Assembly: GCA_965207535.1 (NCBI GenBank)
Contig: CBDBMR010000005.1
Coordinates: 95,905 to 159,904 of the forward strand
DNA: 64,000 bases
Reading direction: 5' to 3'
DNA from: Rhodospirillales bacterium
GTDB taxonomy: Bacteria; Pseudomonadota; Alphaproteobacteria; Rhodospirillales; UBA2165
Part shown: one piece after another, positions 1-8,781 of the stretch
Layout: each line of letters starts with the position of its first letter
Position numbering within the stretch: the first letter of the stretch is position 1
The notes under the pieces: model-generated
What the model saw: the letters and a program-made list of their open reading frames with translations, nothing else
The model's database searches: none
Told to the model about the DNA's origin: nothing
Program-made: the position numbers and the translations under genes

Positions 1-2
1 TC

Positions 3-785
3 TTGGCCGCCGTATTCCCCGGAATCATCGCAACCTTCTACTACGTCATATCCGTTTGGGTATTTGTTCGATTTCGGCCGGAAGCGGGTCCTGCCGGCGA
101 AAGATATGGATGGCGTGAGCGCCTGGAGAGTCTCAAGTACGTGTGGCCGGTGGCCGTTATATTCCTGCTTGTCATCGGCGGGATATATCGCGGCATTTTC
201 ACGCCGACCGAAGGCGCCGCGGTCGGCGCTGCCGCTACCGGTGTGATCGCGCTCTTTCGCAGGATGAGCTGGAATCAGTTCACCACCGCCCTGATAGAGA
301 CGGCGAAGACCACCGGGATGATCTACCTCATTCTCATCGGCGCGGAGATTTACGGGTCCTTCATGGCCCTGTCGGAACTGCCGCTCAGGATCGCCGGTAT
401 GGTATCGGGGCTGGAACTGACCCCCTTGGCCGTCATCGCCTTGATATTGGTGATCTATATTCTGTTGGGCGCGGTGATGGACGGTCTCGCAATGATCCTG
501 ATTACCGTCCCGGTCTTCTTGCCCATCGTTCTGGGGCTGGATCTCGGGATGTCGGAAGAAGCAAAAGCCATCTGGTTCGGCATTCTCGTTCTGAGCGTCG
601 TCGAGACGGGACTGATCACCCCGCCCGTAGGCCTCAATTGTTATGTGATCAATTCACTTGCCGAGGATGTGAGCCTGATTGAGACCTTCAAAGGGGTGAC
701 CCCCTTTGTCATCAGCGACTTCTTCCGGCTCGCCACCATCGTCGGGTTTCCGGCCGTCGCGCTTTGGGCGCCGGGGCTTCTTTGA
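3..785 (+). CDS. TRAP transporter large permease (DctM family), C-terminal part; the 5' end lies outside the window
   Basis: The ORF is open to the window edge. The sequence is a very hydrophobic multi-pass protein with a DctM-like C-terminal region (GLITPPVGLNCYV). Confidence 0.8.
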   Translation: MAAVFPGIIATFYYVISVWVFVRFRPEAGPAGERYGWRERLESLKYVWPVAVIFLLVIGGIYRGIFTPTEGAAVGAAATGVIALFRRMSWNQFTTALIETAKTTGMIYLILIGAEIYGSFMALSELPLRIAGMVSGLELTPLAVIALILVIYILLGAVMDGLAMILITVPVFLPIVLGLDLGMSEEAKAIWFGILVLSVVETGLITPPVGLNCYVINSLAEDVSLIETFKGVTPFVISDFFRLATIVGFPAVALWAPGLL

Positions 786-919
786 AATTTTCACGAATTG
801 AGCGCTGCCGGATTGGAGAGGTATGGCATTGGTTGTTGTGACGTCTCCAATGCCAACTAGTATTGGCCAACCAGTATCGCAATGAAATCACTTCGTTAAT
901 TGAGAATACGGGAAGACAG

Positions 920-1929
920 ATGGAATACCGTTACATCGGAAACAGCGGCCTGAGAGTTTCCACGATCAGCCTCGGCACCATGAATTTCGGCGCGACAACA
1001 AGCGAAGCCGCCGCCCGCAAAATCGTTGATGCCGCCCGGGGCCAAGGGATCAATTTCGTCGATACCGCCGACGCCTACGTCGGTGGAGCGTCGGAGACTA
1101 TTTTGGGAAAGCTGATCAAGAAGGATCGCGAGGACTGGGTGGTTGCAACCAAAGTCGGGCAACAGGATGGGCCGCCCGAGAGGAAACGCGGCCTGTCGAA
1201 AAAATGGATGATGGAGGCCATAGATGCTTCGTTGACCCGCCTTCGGATGGATTACGTCGAAATCTATTACATGCACCATGTGGATTGGGATACGCCGCTC
1301 GAGGAAAGCATCGAGGCGATGGGAGAAATCATTGCCGGCGGCAAGGCCCGGTATTGGGGTTTCTCCAATCATCGGGCCTGGCAGGTCGGCGAGCTTGTTC
1401 GTCTGTGTGACAATCTGGGCACCCCCCGGCCCATCATCGCGCAACCCATGTACAACATGGTCAACCGGACCCCGGAAACCGATCTGCTTCCCGCCTGCGA
1501 ATATTACGGCATCGGCGTCGTGCCCTATTCGCCCCTGGCCCGCGGGGTGCTTACGGGAAAATACGGGAACAGGAAGAAGATGCCCAAAAACAGCCGGGGC
1601 GGCCGCGGCGACGCGAGCGTTCTGAACCGCGACCTGAAAGAGGAATCCTTCAGGCCGTCGCCAAAATCGAGAAATATCTCGAGAACAGGAACATTCCCGT
1701 GTCCGACTTCGCCATCAGGTGGCTGCTCAACAACGGGATCGTCACGAGCGTCATCGGCGGGCCGAGGACACTTCAGCAGTGGAACGCCTATGTCCGGGCC
1801 GCCGGCAGGGAATTCACCGCCGAGGACGAAGCGTTCGTCGATACGCTCGTCGCCCCGGGTCACCAGGCCACGCACGGATATACCTGGCCACGCTATCCGG
1901 TGCGCGGCCGGCGCGCGATAGAAGGCTGA
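920..1929 (+). pseudogene. Aldo/keto reductase interrupted by a 1-nt frameshift near 1640-1650
   Basis: The N-terminal 240 aa (MEYRYIGNSGLRVSTISLGTMNFG...DTADAY...) are AKR-like in frame 2. After ...NRDLKEES the frame-2 translation degenerates into Ser/Pro/Arg-rich sequence. The AKR C-terminus (ILQAVAKIEKYLENRNIPVSDFAIRWLLNNGIVTSVIGGPRTLQQW...) continues in frame 1 (track ORF 1699..1929). Confidence 0.75.
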
Positions 1930-1941
1930 TCAAAACCGGTT

Positions 1942-2114
1942 AACCCGCATTTCTCACCAGGGTCATGGTCTGCGCGGCGTTGATCGGGTCGACAGAGCAG
2001 GAGAGGCGCGTCGCGGCCCTCAACCGTAATTGCCGCTACGCTTTTCGGGTCGCTCCTGGCGGTTCAGCCACCTGGACGCGACGCAGGCCATAACCCTGGC
2101 GGGAAATGCGGGCT
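1942..2114. repeat. 173-bp intergenic segment bounded by 22-nt imperfect inverted repeats
   Basis: AACCCGCATTTCTCACCAGGGT (1942-1963) pairs with the reverse complement of ACCCTGGCGGGAAATGCGGGCT (2093-2114), with 3 mismatches in 22. It lies between two convergent gene ends. Confidence 0.5.
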
Positions 2115-3336
2115 AAAGCATGACGCTGGGCGAGATTTCCTGACCCAACAGGACGCCGCCATAGATATCGCCGACATGGTCAACGTCAAAGATGGCGTGG
2201 GTGGCCAGCGCATTGGTATCGCGCTGGAACCGCTGGATCAGCGAGTCATTGTAGATCGCCCGGGAACCGGCCTCGCGCGCCATATCGTTGACTACCGCAT
2301 GGCACGTGCGCGCGACGTGACAGGCGACCATCCGCGCCTTGATGCGCTCCTCGCGGCTGAATTCGTGGCCCCGGGCGACCTTGTCCGAAACCTCCTGGAT
2401 GCCGGCGTCGAACAAACGGCGGGTTGCTTCCACGGTCATCTGGTTTTGGGCCATTCGCACCCGGGTGGACATCTGTTTGTCCATGGAGGCGTATGAGTAG
2501 GCGTTGGTCTTACCCTCGAGGACCCCGCAGACGAGTTCGCATACCGCCTCGGCGCCGCCCATCAACGGGCCGACCGCACCGTAGACCATGAAAGTCAGGA
2601 GCGGCACCCGCCACACAGGTTCGGTGTTGACCTCCAGCCCGGGCGCCCGGCCATTGCGCAGATCACTTACCGACACCGAATGGTGCTCCGGCACGAATGT
2701 GCCGTCCAATTCCACGTCGTGGCTGCCGGTTGCCGCCATCGCCGACACATCCCAGGTGTCGAGGATTTTGAACTCGCCTGCCGGTACAAAGAACCGCCGC
2801 ATTTCCGCCGGATCGCCGCTATCGGCGACCGGCGCCGCCAGGGCCATGTAGTCGCCGTGAAGAATTCCGGTCGCGTACCCCCACCGGCCGGTCAGCCGAA
2901 AACCGCCGTCGACGCGTTCGGCCGTCCCGCTCGGCATAACCTGCCCAGCCGCCATGGTGTAACCGGGCTCGCCGCCCCACACCTCGTCCTGGGCCTCCAC
3001 GGGGTAATGGCCGAACTGGAAATTGTGGTAGATGAGGAACCCCATGGTCCATCCGGTGGACATGCAGCCGCGTCCCAGCTCGCGGAATATTTGCGGAATG
3101 TATTTGAAATCGACCTCATGACCGCCATAGCGCTTTGGCACGATGGCCCGGAACAGGTCGGCCCGCTTGATGTCCCCGATGGTTTCTTCAGGGATTCGGC
3201 CCGCCTCCTCGGCCGCGCGTTGACGCTCCCGAAGCGCCGGGACCATGTCGGTGATCCGCCGGATAAGCTCGTCGCCCGTCACCTCGGATTTGGGATCGTT
3301 GAGGGTATCCACGTCTGTCTCTCCCCGGCCGGTCAC
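2113..3336 (-). CDS. Acyl-CoA dehydrogenase-fold flavin-dependent monooxygenase (group D oxygenase component-like)
   Basis: 407-aa ORF whose N-terminal and middle domains look like the ACAD-type oxygenase family (RIPEETIGDIKRADLFRAIVPKRYGG..., GGFRLTGRWGYATG). The GTG start overlaps the upstream stop (GTGA). Confidence 0.7.
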   Translation of the reverse strand: MTGRGETDVDTLNDPKSEVTGDELIRRITDMVPALRERQRAAEEAGRIPEETIGDIKRADLFRAIVPKRYGGHEVDFKYIPQIFRELGRGCMSTGWTMGFLIYHNFQFGHYPVEAQDEVWGGEPGYTMAAGQVMPSGTAERVDGGFRLTGRWGYATGILHGDYMALAAPVADSGDPAEMRRFFVPAGEFKILDTWDVSAMAATGSHDVELDGTFVPEHHSVSVSDLRNGRAPGLEVNTEPVWRVPLLTFMVYGAVGPLMGGAEAVCELVCGVLEGKTNAYSYASMDKQMSTRVRMAQNQMTVEATRRLFDAGIQEVSDKVARGHEFSREERIKARMVACHVARTCHAVVNDMAREAGSRAIYNDSLIQRFQRDTNALATHAIFDVDHVGDIYGGVLLGQEISPSVML

Positions 3337-3953
3337 TCTTTCCTTTGGGCGCCGACACCGTCCATGAACTGCTCCAGCGTTTCGTAGGGTTGGGCGCCGA
3401 CCACGCCTTGGCGCTCGGCGACGTAGGTTGGGACGCCGGTGACGCCGTACTGCCGCGATTTGGCCCAGTCCATGTCGATGGCGGCTTCGAAGGTCCGCTC
3501 CTCGATCACCTCGCGGGCGCCGTCTTCGCGAAGGCCCGCCTCCCGGGCGATCTCCATCAGCACCTGCGGATTGCCGATGTTCCGGTTATCGACGAAGTAG
3601 GCGCGGAACAGCGCCATGTGGATCGCTTCGCCGCCCGGCTGGGTGTCCGCCCATTTACCCAGCTCCTGCGCGAGCCGGCTATTGTAGGTATGGGTCCGCT
3701 TGCCGTAATCGAGGCCCTCGGCGTCCATCAACCCCTTCATCCGCTGGTAGGCCGCATCGATGTCGTAGTCGCGGCCCGCGAACAGTTCCTCAAGGGTCTG
3801 GCCCGCGTCTGGAGTTTCCGGGTGAAGCGGAAAATGCACGAACTCGAGGTTGACGTCGAAGGTGTCTCGTATTTTTTCAATACGCCCGGTACTGAGATAA
3901 CACCAAGGTCAGACGTAGTCGGTAAATACTTCGAGGGTGATGGGTTCGGACAT
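3333..3953 (-). CDS. DsbA/FrnE-like thiol oxidoreductase with an in-frame TGA (3909-3911) at the first Cys of the CxxC motif; candidate selenoprotein (UPWC)
   Basis: Track ORF 3333..3839 lacks the thioredoxin-fold N-terminus. The same frame continues upstream to an ATG at 3953 with AGGAG 10 nt upstream. It reads MSEPITLEVFTDYV-TGA-PWCYLSTGRIEKIRDTFDVNLEF-VHFPLH..., which matches the DsbA_FrnE pattern (i.vfsDvvCPWCyiG) except for TGA in place of Cys. Confidence 0.7.
3861..3904 (-). other. Candidate bacterial SECIS-like stem-loop immediately 3' of the in-frame UGA
   Basis: The mRNA reads UGACCUUGGUGUUAUCUCAGUACCGGGCGUAUUGAAAAAAUACGAGACACC. The outer stem is GGUGU/ACACC (+CU/AG), the inner stem is CGUAUU/AAUACG, and the apical loop is GAAAA about 31-35 nt after the UGA. 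Confidence 0.4.
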
Positions 3954-3966
3954 TGGCGGCGGGCTC

Positions 3967-4491
3967 CTAGCCTAGAGTGTAGTCAAATGCGTCGCACAAA
4001 TAGTGGCGTTTGCCGAGTTCGGCGCCGGCGTTGCGGACGATCGCGTAAGCGGTGGTGACATGGAAGGCGATCTGCGGGATAGCGAACCGGAGAAGATAGT
4101 CCTCACCCCTGAAGCGGTTTGGCTCGCCGCGGGCAATGATCTCGACGGTCCTGTCCTCGGCGCCCTCAAGCTCATCCTCGGTTACCGATTTCACGAGTGC
4201 CATCGTTTCTTCGACCCTTGCCCGCGCATCGGCGATGGCGAGTTCGCCCATATCGGTGAACGGCGGCGTTTCCCGTCCGGCCAGCCGCGCGGCCGCCCGG
4301 CCATGGTCCGCGGCGCGCCACACCTGCAAAGACAGCGAAAACATGTCCGGCGCCAGCTTGCTGGCCATCAAATCGGCTTCCTCGGCCTTGCCGTCCTTTA
4401 CCAGCCCTTCGGCATGGTCGAGAACGTTGAGCATTCCGGTGAGCAACTGCTCGGTTTCGGTCCGGACAAGATGATGCATTGAAATGGACAT
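3967..4491 (-). CDS. DUF1993 domain protein
   Basis: 174-aa ORF with a typical DUF1993 sequence (LAPDMFSL..QV..A...G..RL.G......D....), 13 nt upstream of the DsbA-like gene. Confidence 0.7.
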   Translation of the reverse strand: MSISMHHLVRTETEQLLTGMLNVLDHAEGLVKDGKAEEADLMASKLAPDMFSLSLQVWRAADHGRAAARLAGRETPPFTDMGELAIADARARVEETMALVKSVTEDELEGAEDRTVEIIARGEPNRFRGEDYLLRFAIPQIAFHVTTAYAIVRNAGAELGKRHYLCDAFDYTLG

Positions 4492-4509
4492 TAAGAATAA
4501 TCTCCCGGC

Positions 4510-5571
4510 TTATCGTTGATCCAGGCGGGCGATATCGAACTCGTCCGCCGTCGCGTTCAGGGCCTTCAACAAGGAGGCATGGAGCGGAATTCCGTTCGCC
4601 TCCCGGTACACACGTTTCTTATGACTTTGCTCGCCGGGCAGCAAGACCTCGTCAAAGCCCGGCAGGGTCGGCGAGCCTTTCATTTGATCCACGACCCGGT
4701 CGACCTGCCGTTTGAAGCCGTCCGCGTCGCCGAACGCGGAAATGTCGATGGCGACGATAAATTGCCCGGTATTGGTCGGCGTCTCGAAGTCGGCGTTGAA
4801 ATCGACGACGTCCTTTCCGAAGGCCGCGCCGTTGAGCGTCCCCGCTAGCAGACCGAACATCAATGCGAGGCCGTATCCCTTGGCCCCGCCGATCGGCAGC
4901 AGAAATCCGTCCTCCGCCTTGGCGGGGTCGGTCAGCGGCTTGCCGTCGCGTCCCATCATCCAGCCTTCGGGCATTTGCTCGCCGCGCTGGGCGGCGGTTT
5001 TCACTTTGCCGTAGGCGGCAACGGTCGTCGCCATATCGAGAACGACATCCGGCCGGTCGAGGGCCGGCACCGCAATGGCGATGGGGTTGGTGCTCAAGAG
5101 CATCTCCAACCCGCCCCAGGGCGGCAGGTGATTGGCATTTCCGATGGCGACATAGAGACCGATCATGTCGTGGGCAAGGGGCATTTTAGCGTACAGATTG
5201 GCCGGTCCCGCATGATTGCTGTGATGGGCGCCGACCCACGCGACGCCGGTCGTCTTCGCCTTCTCGATGGCGGTCTCGGCGCAATAGCTCATCACCAGAT
5301 GACCCTGGGCGTTGTCGCCATTTACCAGGGCCATCCCGGGCCGCTCACACTCGATCCGAATGTCCGGGGTCAGATTGAGGCCGCCGGATTTGATACGCTT
5401 CAGATAGCCGGGCAAGCGAAAGATGCCATGTCCATCCGACCCGTTCAGGTCGGCGTCGGCCATCAGACCGGCCACCTTCGCGGCATCGCCGGCCGGCATT
5501 CCGGCTGATGCGAGCGCGTCTTGGATAAATTCCGAGAGCTGCGCCGCCGTATAGTTTCCGGCATCGCTCAT
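4510..5571 (-). CDS. Ldh_2 family (malate/L-lactate/ureidoglycolate-type) dehydrogenase
   Basis: 353-aa ORF with the motifs GSDGHGIFRLPGYLKRIKSGG, HSNHAGP and PIGGAKGYGLA. Confidence 0.8.
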   Translation of the reverse strand: MSDAGNYTAAQLSEFIQDALASAGMPAGDAAKVAGLMADADLNGSDGHGIFRLPGYLKRIKSGGLNLTPDIRIECERPGMALVNGDNAQGHLVMSYCAETAIEKAKTTGVAWVGAHHSNHAGPANLYAKMPLAHDMIGLYVAIGNANHLPPWGGLEMLLSTNPIAIAVPALDRPDVVLDMATTVAAYGKVKTAAQRGEQMPEGWMMGRDGKPLTDPAKAEDGFLLPIGGAKGYGLALMFGLLAGTLNGAAFGKDVVDFNADFETPTNTGQFIVAIDISAFGDADGFKRQVDRVVDQMKGSPTLPGFDEVLLPGEQSHKKRVYREANGIPLHASLLKALNATADEFDIARLDQR

Positions 5572-5605
5572 GGTTGTTCCCTGAAGCCGTCTCGCCGGCA
5601 GTCCG

Positions 5606-6013
5606 CTACGGGGTGACCAGATCTTGTTCAGAGAGATGCGGGACCGTTTTGCCGGTCTCGGTAAACGTGCGAGTTACGTCCGTCGAAGCATAGACCCACA
5701 GGATAGTCAGGGGACCGTCGCCCGTGTTGAGAAACCGATGGGGTTTGCCGGCCTCGACGTAGGTGGTGTCCAGTTCCCTTACCGGCGTCAACTTTCCATC
5801 CACCTCAAGATCGGCCTGGCCTTCGAGAATGGTGACCTGCTCATCGCAATTGTGCGAGTGCATGGGCACCTTCTGGCCGGCCGGAAATCTGGTGATCCCG
5901 GACGTAAAAGGCGCACCGCAACGGCTGTTGGCGACCAGCAGCGTGGATTCAACCCCGTCGCCACGGGCGTGCACGGGAGCTTCGTCGATCTTCAATACGA
6001 CCGTTTCGGACAT
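5606..6013 (-). CDS. Cupin domain protein
   Basis: 135-aa ORF with a cupin His cluster (PMHSHNCDEQVTILEG...GKPHRF). GAGGAAG lies upstream of the ATG. Confidence 0.7.
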   Translation of the reverse strand: MSETVVLKIDEAPVHARGDGVESTLLVANSRCGAPFTSGITRFPAGQKVPMHSHNCDEQVTILEGQADLEVDGKLTPVRELDTTYVEAGKPHRFLNTGDGPLTILWVYASTDVTRTFTETGKTVPHLSEQDLVTP

Positions 6014-6129
6014 TGGGCTTCCTCACCTGACATGTAGACCCGGGAACCACGCGGTTTGCGATCCGGGTTTGCTCATAGCATACTGGACTATAACCTATTT
6101 TTCCGCTTCCGGGGAGGCTCAGCGGCATT

Positions 6130-6906
6130 ATGGCGCGGCCGGCAGCCAAAAAACGAACCACTGCGAAATCGGCAAAAAGGCCGGCGGTCAAGAAGCAGCG
6201 ACGCTCCCTGCCGCTCTACCAGCAGGTCGACAATATCATCCGCCGGCGGCTGATCGACAACGTCTGGAAGCCCGGCGACGCGCTGCCCAGCGAAATGCAG
6301 CTGGCGGCGGAGTTGGACGTCAGTCAGGGGACGGTCCGCAAGGCTCTCAACGACATGGTCGCCGAACACCTGCTTTACCGGCGTCAGGGACTTGGAACCT
6401 TCGTCTCCGAGCATACCGAGCGCCGGGCGCTGTTCTTCTTCTTCAAGATTCAGGGAAAGGACGGCTCCAGCTCCTTGCCCGAAAGCGAGCTCCTGGATTG
6501 CAAGCAGACCAACCCGACCAAGGTCGAGGTCGAGCGGCTGGAACTGGAGCCCGGCGCCAAAGTGGTGCGGTTTACCCGCGTCCGTTCGTTCCAGAATGTG
6601 CCGAGCATCGTCGAGGGAATTGCGCTGCCCCAGGAACTGTTCCCGGATTTCGGCATCGAACTTCAGCCGCCCAATAATCTCTTCAGATTCTATCAATCCA
6701 TCTACGGGGTCACCGTCGCCAAGGCGCGGGAGCTGATCTCGGCCGTCAGCGCCACCAAGAAAGAGGCCGGGCTTCTCGGCATCAAGGCGGGCGCGCCGTT
6801 GTTGCAGATCGACCGGACGTCGATGACCATTGACGGACGGCCGGTGGAATGGCGGGTCAGCCGCTGCAATACATCAAACCATCATTATGTCTCCGAGCGC
6901 GGTTAG
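6130..6906 (+). CDS. GntR family transcriptional regulator, HutC subfamily (wHTH + UTRA)
   Basis: LPLYQQVDNIIRRRLIDNVWKPGDALPSEMQLAAELDVSQGTVRKALNDMVAEHLLYRRQGLGTFV, followed by a UTRA-like C-terminus. It is divergent from the cupin operon. Confidence 0.85.
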   Translation: MARPAAKKRTTAKSAKRPAVKKQRRSLPLYQQVDNIIRRRLIDNVWKPGDALPSEMQLAAELDVSQGTVRKALNDMVAEHLLYRRQGLGTFVSEHTERRALFFFFKIQGKDGSSSLPESELLDCKQTNPTKVEVERLELEPGAKVVRFTRVRSFQNVPSIVEGIALPQELFPDFGIELQPPNNLFRFYQSIYGVTVAKARELISAVSATKKEAGLLGIKAGAPLLQIDRTSMTIDGRPVEWRVSRCNTSNHHYVSERG

Positions 6907-6945
6907 TCGTCCGGCGAATTTCAGTTTCAGTTGGGAGGTTCCGTC

Positions 6946-7833
6946 ATGAGTACGGATGTGGGGTTCATCGGTCTGGGCGTATTGGGCTCGGCCATGGCGC
7001 CGAACCTTATGGACAGCGGATTTGGCGTCGTTGGATATGATGTCCGACCGGAGGCGATGTCGTCACTCGCCGAGAAGGGCATGACGGCGGCGACCTCGGT
7101 AGCCGAGGCCGCGTCGCTGACCGGCGTCATCGTCACCTGTCTGCCGAGCCTCGAGGCGCTCCACGATGTCGCCGCCAAACTCGCCGGCCAGGACGGCAGC
7201 GGCAAGGTGGTGATCGAAGCGAGCACCTTTCCCGTCGCCGAGAAGGAGGCCTTCCGGGACACGGTCGAGGGCGCCGGCTACACCGCCATGGACTGCCCGG
7301 TCAGCGGTAACCGCATGATGGCCGAACAAAAAAAACTGACCGCCTTCGGCAGCGGCGATGAAGACACCTACGCGGAAATCGAGCCGATCCTCCGGGGGTT
7401 CGCCAATCGCACGTTTTATGTCGGCCCTTTCGGCAACGGGATGAAGACCAAACTCTGCGGCAATATCCTGAATCTCGTCCATAATGCCGCCGCCGCCGAG
7501 GTCATGGTGCTGGCGATGAAGTCGGGCCTGGACCCTGAGCTGTTTCACAAGGTCATTAGCGGCTCAGGCTCGTCCTCATCCATGTTCGAGGTCCGCGGCG
7601 CCTTGATGGCCGCCGACGACTACGACTACGAGGGCAGCAATTTCTCCATCCCGATGAAGGATCGGGAGTTCATCCAAGGTCACGCGGCGGCAATGAAGGT
7701 GCCGACGCCGATCTATCACGCGGCGCTGCAGACCTATATGTCCGCGGTCGCGCAAGGGTACGGCGGTCAGGATGCGGCGGCGGTGTGCGCTTCGATGGAA
7801 CGCGCCGCCGATTGCGTGCGGGAGAAGAATTGA
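6946..7833 (+). CDS. NAD(P)-dependent beta-hydroxyacid dehydrogenase (3-hydroxyisobutyrate dehydrogenase family)
   Basis: VGFIGLGVLGSAMAPNL Rossmann motif. GGGAGG lies 7 nt upstream of the ATG at 6946, so the track's TTG at 6931 is less likely. Confidence 0.8.
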   Translation: MSTDVGFIGLGVLGSAMAPNLMDSGFGVVGYDVRPEAMSSLAEKGMTAATSVAEAASLTGVIVTCLPSLEALHDVAAKLAGQDGSGKVVIEASTFPVAEKEAFRDTVEGAGYTAMDCPVSGNRMMAEQKKLTAFGSGDEDTYAEIEPILRGFANRTFYVGPFGNGMKTKLCGNILNLVHNAAAAEVMVLAMKSGLDPELFHKVISGSGSSSSMFEVRGALMAADDYDYEGSNFSIPMKDREFIQGHAAAMKVPTPIYHAALQTYMSAVAQGYGGQDAAAVCASMERAADCVREKN

Positions 7834-8777
7834 TGGCTGCCAAACGCAACCGGCGTTTGCCCGCCATCGGGATCGTCGGTCTCGGCAATATGGGCGGCGG
7901 CATCGCCCGCAACTTCGCCAAGGCGGGTTATCCCACCTGGGTTTGGGATTCCGCGCCATCGGCACAGGCAAAATTCTCCAAACTGAAGAATGCAGCCGTT
8001 GCCGAACCGAGGGAGATGGCGGCCCGGTGCCGGATCATTATCTTCGTCGTGCCGGCGACGCCCGAGATCGAAGAACACTGCCTCGGCCGCGACGGAATAT
8101 TCGCCACGGCAAGGAAGGGCCTGATCATTTATGATTTTACGACATCCGACCCGGTGGAAACCAAGAAGCTCGCGCGAAAGGCGGCGCGCAGGGAGATCGC
8201 CTATCTGGACGCAGGCATGAGCGGCGGCGGCGCCGGCGCCGACAAGGGAACCCTGACGTTGATGATCGGCGGCGACAAAAGGGCCTTCGGGCGGACCAGG
8301 CGTCATCTCAAGGTGATCGCCGACAAGCTGTTCCACCTCGGCCCGTCCGGCGCCGGACACACCACCAAGCTGATCCACAACATGGTCTGCCACGCCGTCT
8401 TCCTGGCCACCTGCGAGGGCGGACGAATGGCGGAAAAGGCAGGGATCGAACTCGCCGACCTGATCGACGTCTTCAACGTGTCGAACGCCCGTTCCAACGC
8501 CAGCCAGGCGCGGTTTCCCGACCACATCCTCAACAAGAAATGGGACGGCCGGTCGCGGGTCTACAATCTCTACAAGGATACGGGCATGGCCGTCGATCTC
8601 GCCAAGGCCCTGGGGGTCAATGCTAAACTGGGCGCCGATACCCACGCCTTTTTGGCGCAGGCCATGTCCCTCGGCATGTCCGAAGAGGATTTTACGCTGG
8701 TCTACCGGGACTTCGACAAAATCAAGAAGGCGAAGCCCCGGCGCCGAGCCCCCAAGAAGAGCAAGAAGGGAATGTGA
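7833..8777 (+). CDS. NAD(P)-dependent beta-hydroxyacid dehydrogenase paralogue with a Lys-rich C-terminal tail
   Basis: IGIVGLGNMGGGIARNF...GAGHTTKLIHN. The ATG overlaps the upstream TGA (ATGA at 7831-7835). The track's upstream extension lies inside the previous gene. Confidence 0.8.
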   Translation: MAAKRNRRLPAIGIVGLGNMGGGIARNFAKAGYPTWVWDSAPSAQAKFSKLKNAAVAEPREMAARCRIIIFVVPATPEIEEHCLGRDGIFATARKGLIIYDFTTSDPVETKKLARKAARREIAYLDAGMSGGGAGADKGTLTLMIGGDKRAFGRTRRHLKVIADKLFHLGPSGAGHTTKLIHNMVCHAVFLATCEGGRMAEKAGIELADLIDVFNVSNARSNASQARFPDHILNKKWDGRSRVYNLYKDTGMAVDLAKALGVNAKLGADTHAFLAQAMSLGMSEEDFTLVYRDFDKIKKAKPRRRAPKKSKKGM

Positions 8778-8781
8778 GGGC

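Noticed and set aside
3345-4058. 237-aa plus-strand ORF opposite the DsbA-like gene
   Set aside because: It is antisense to a gene with clear DsbA_FrnE similarity and shows no motifs of its own.
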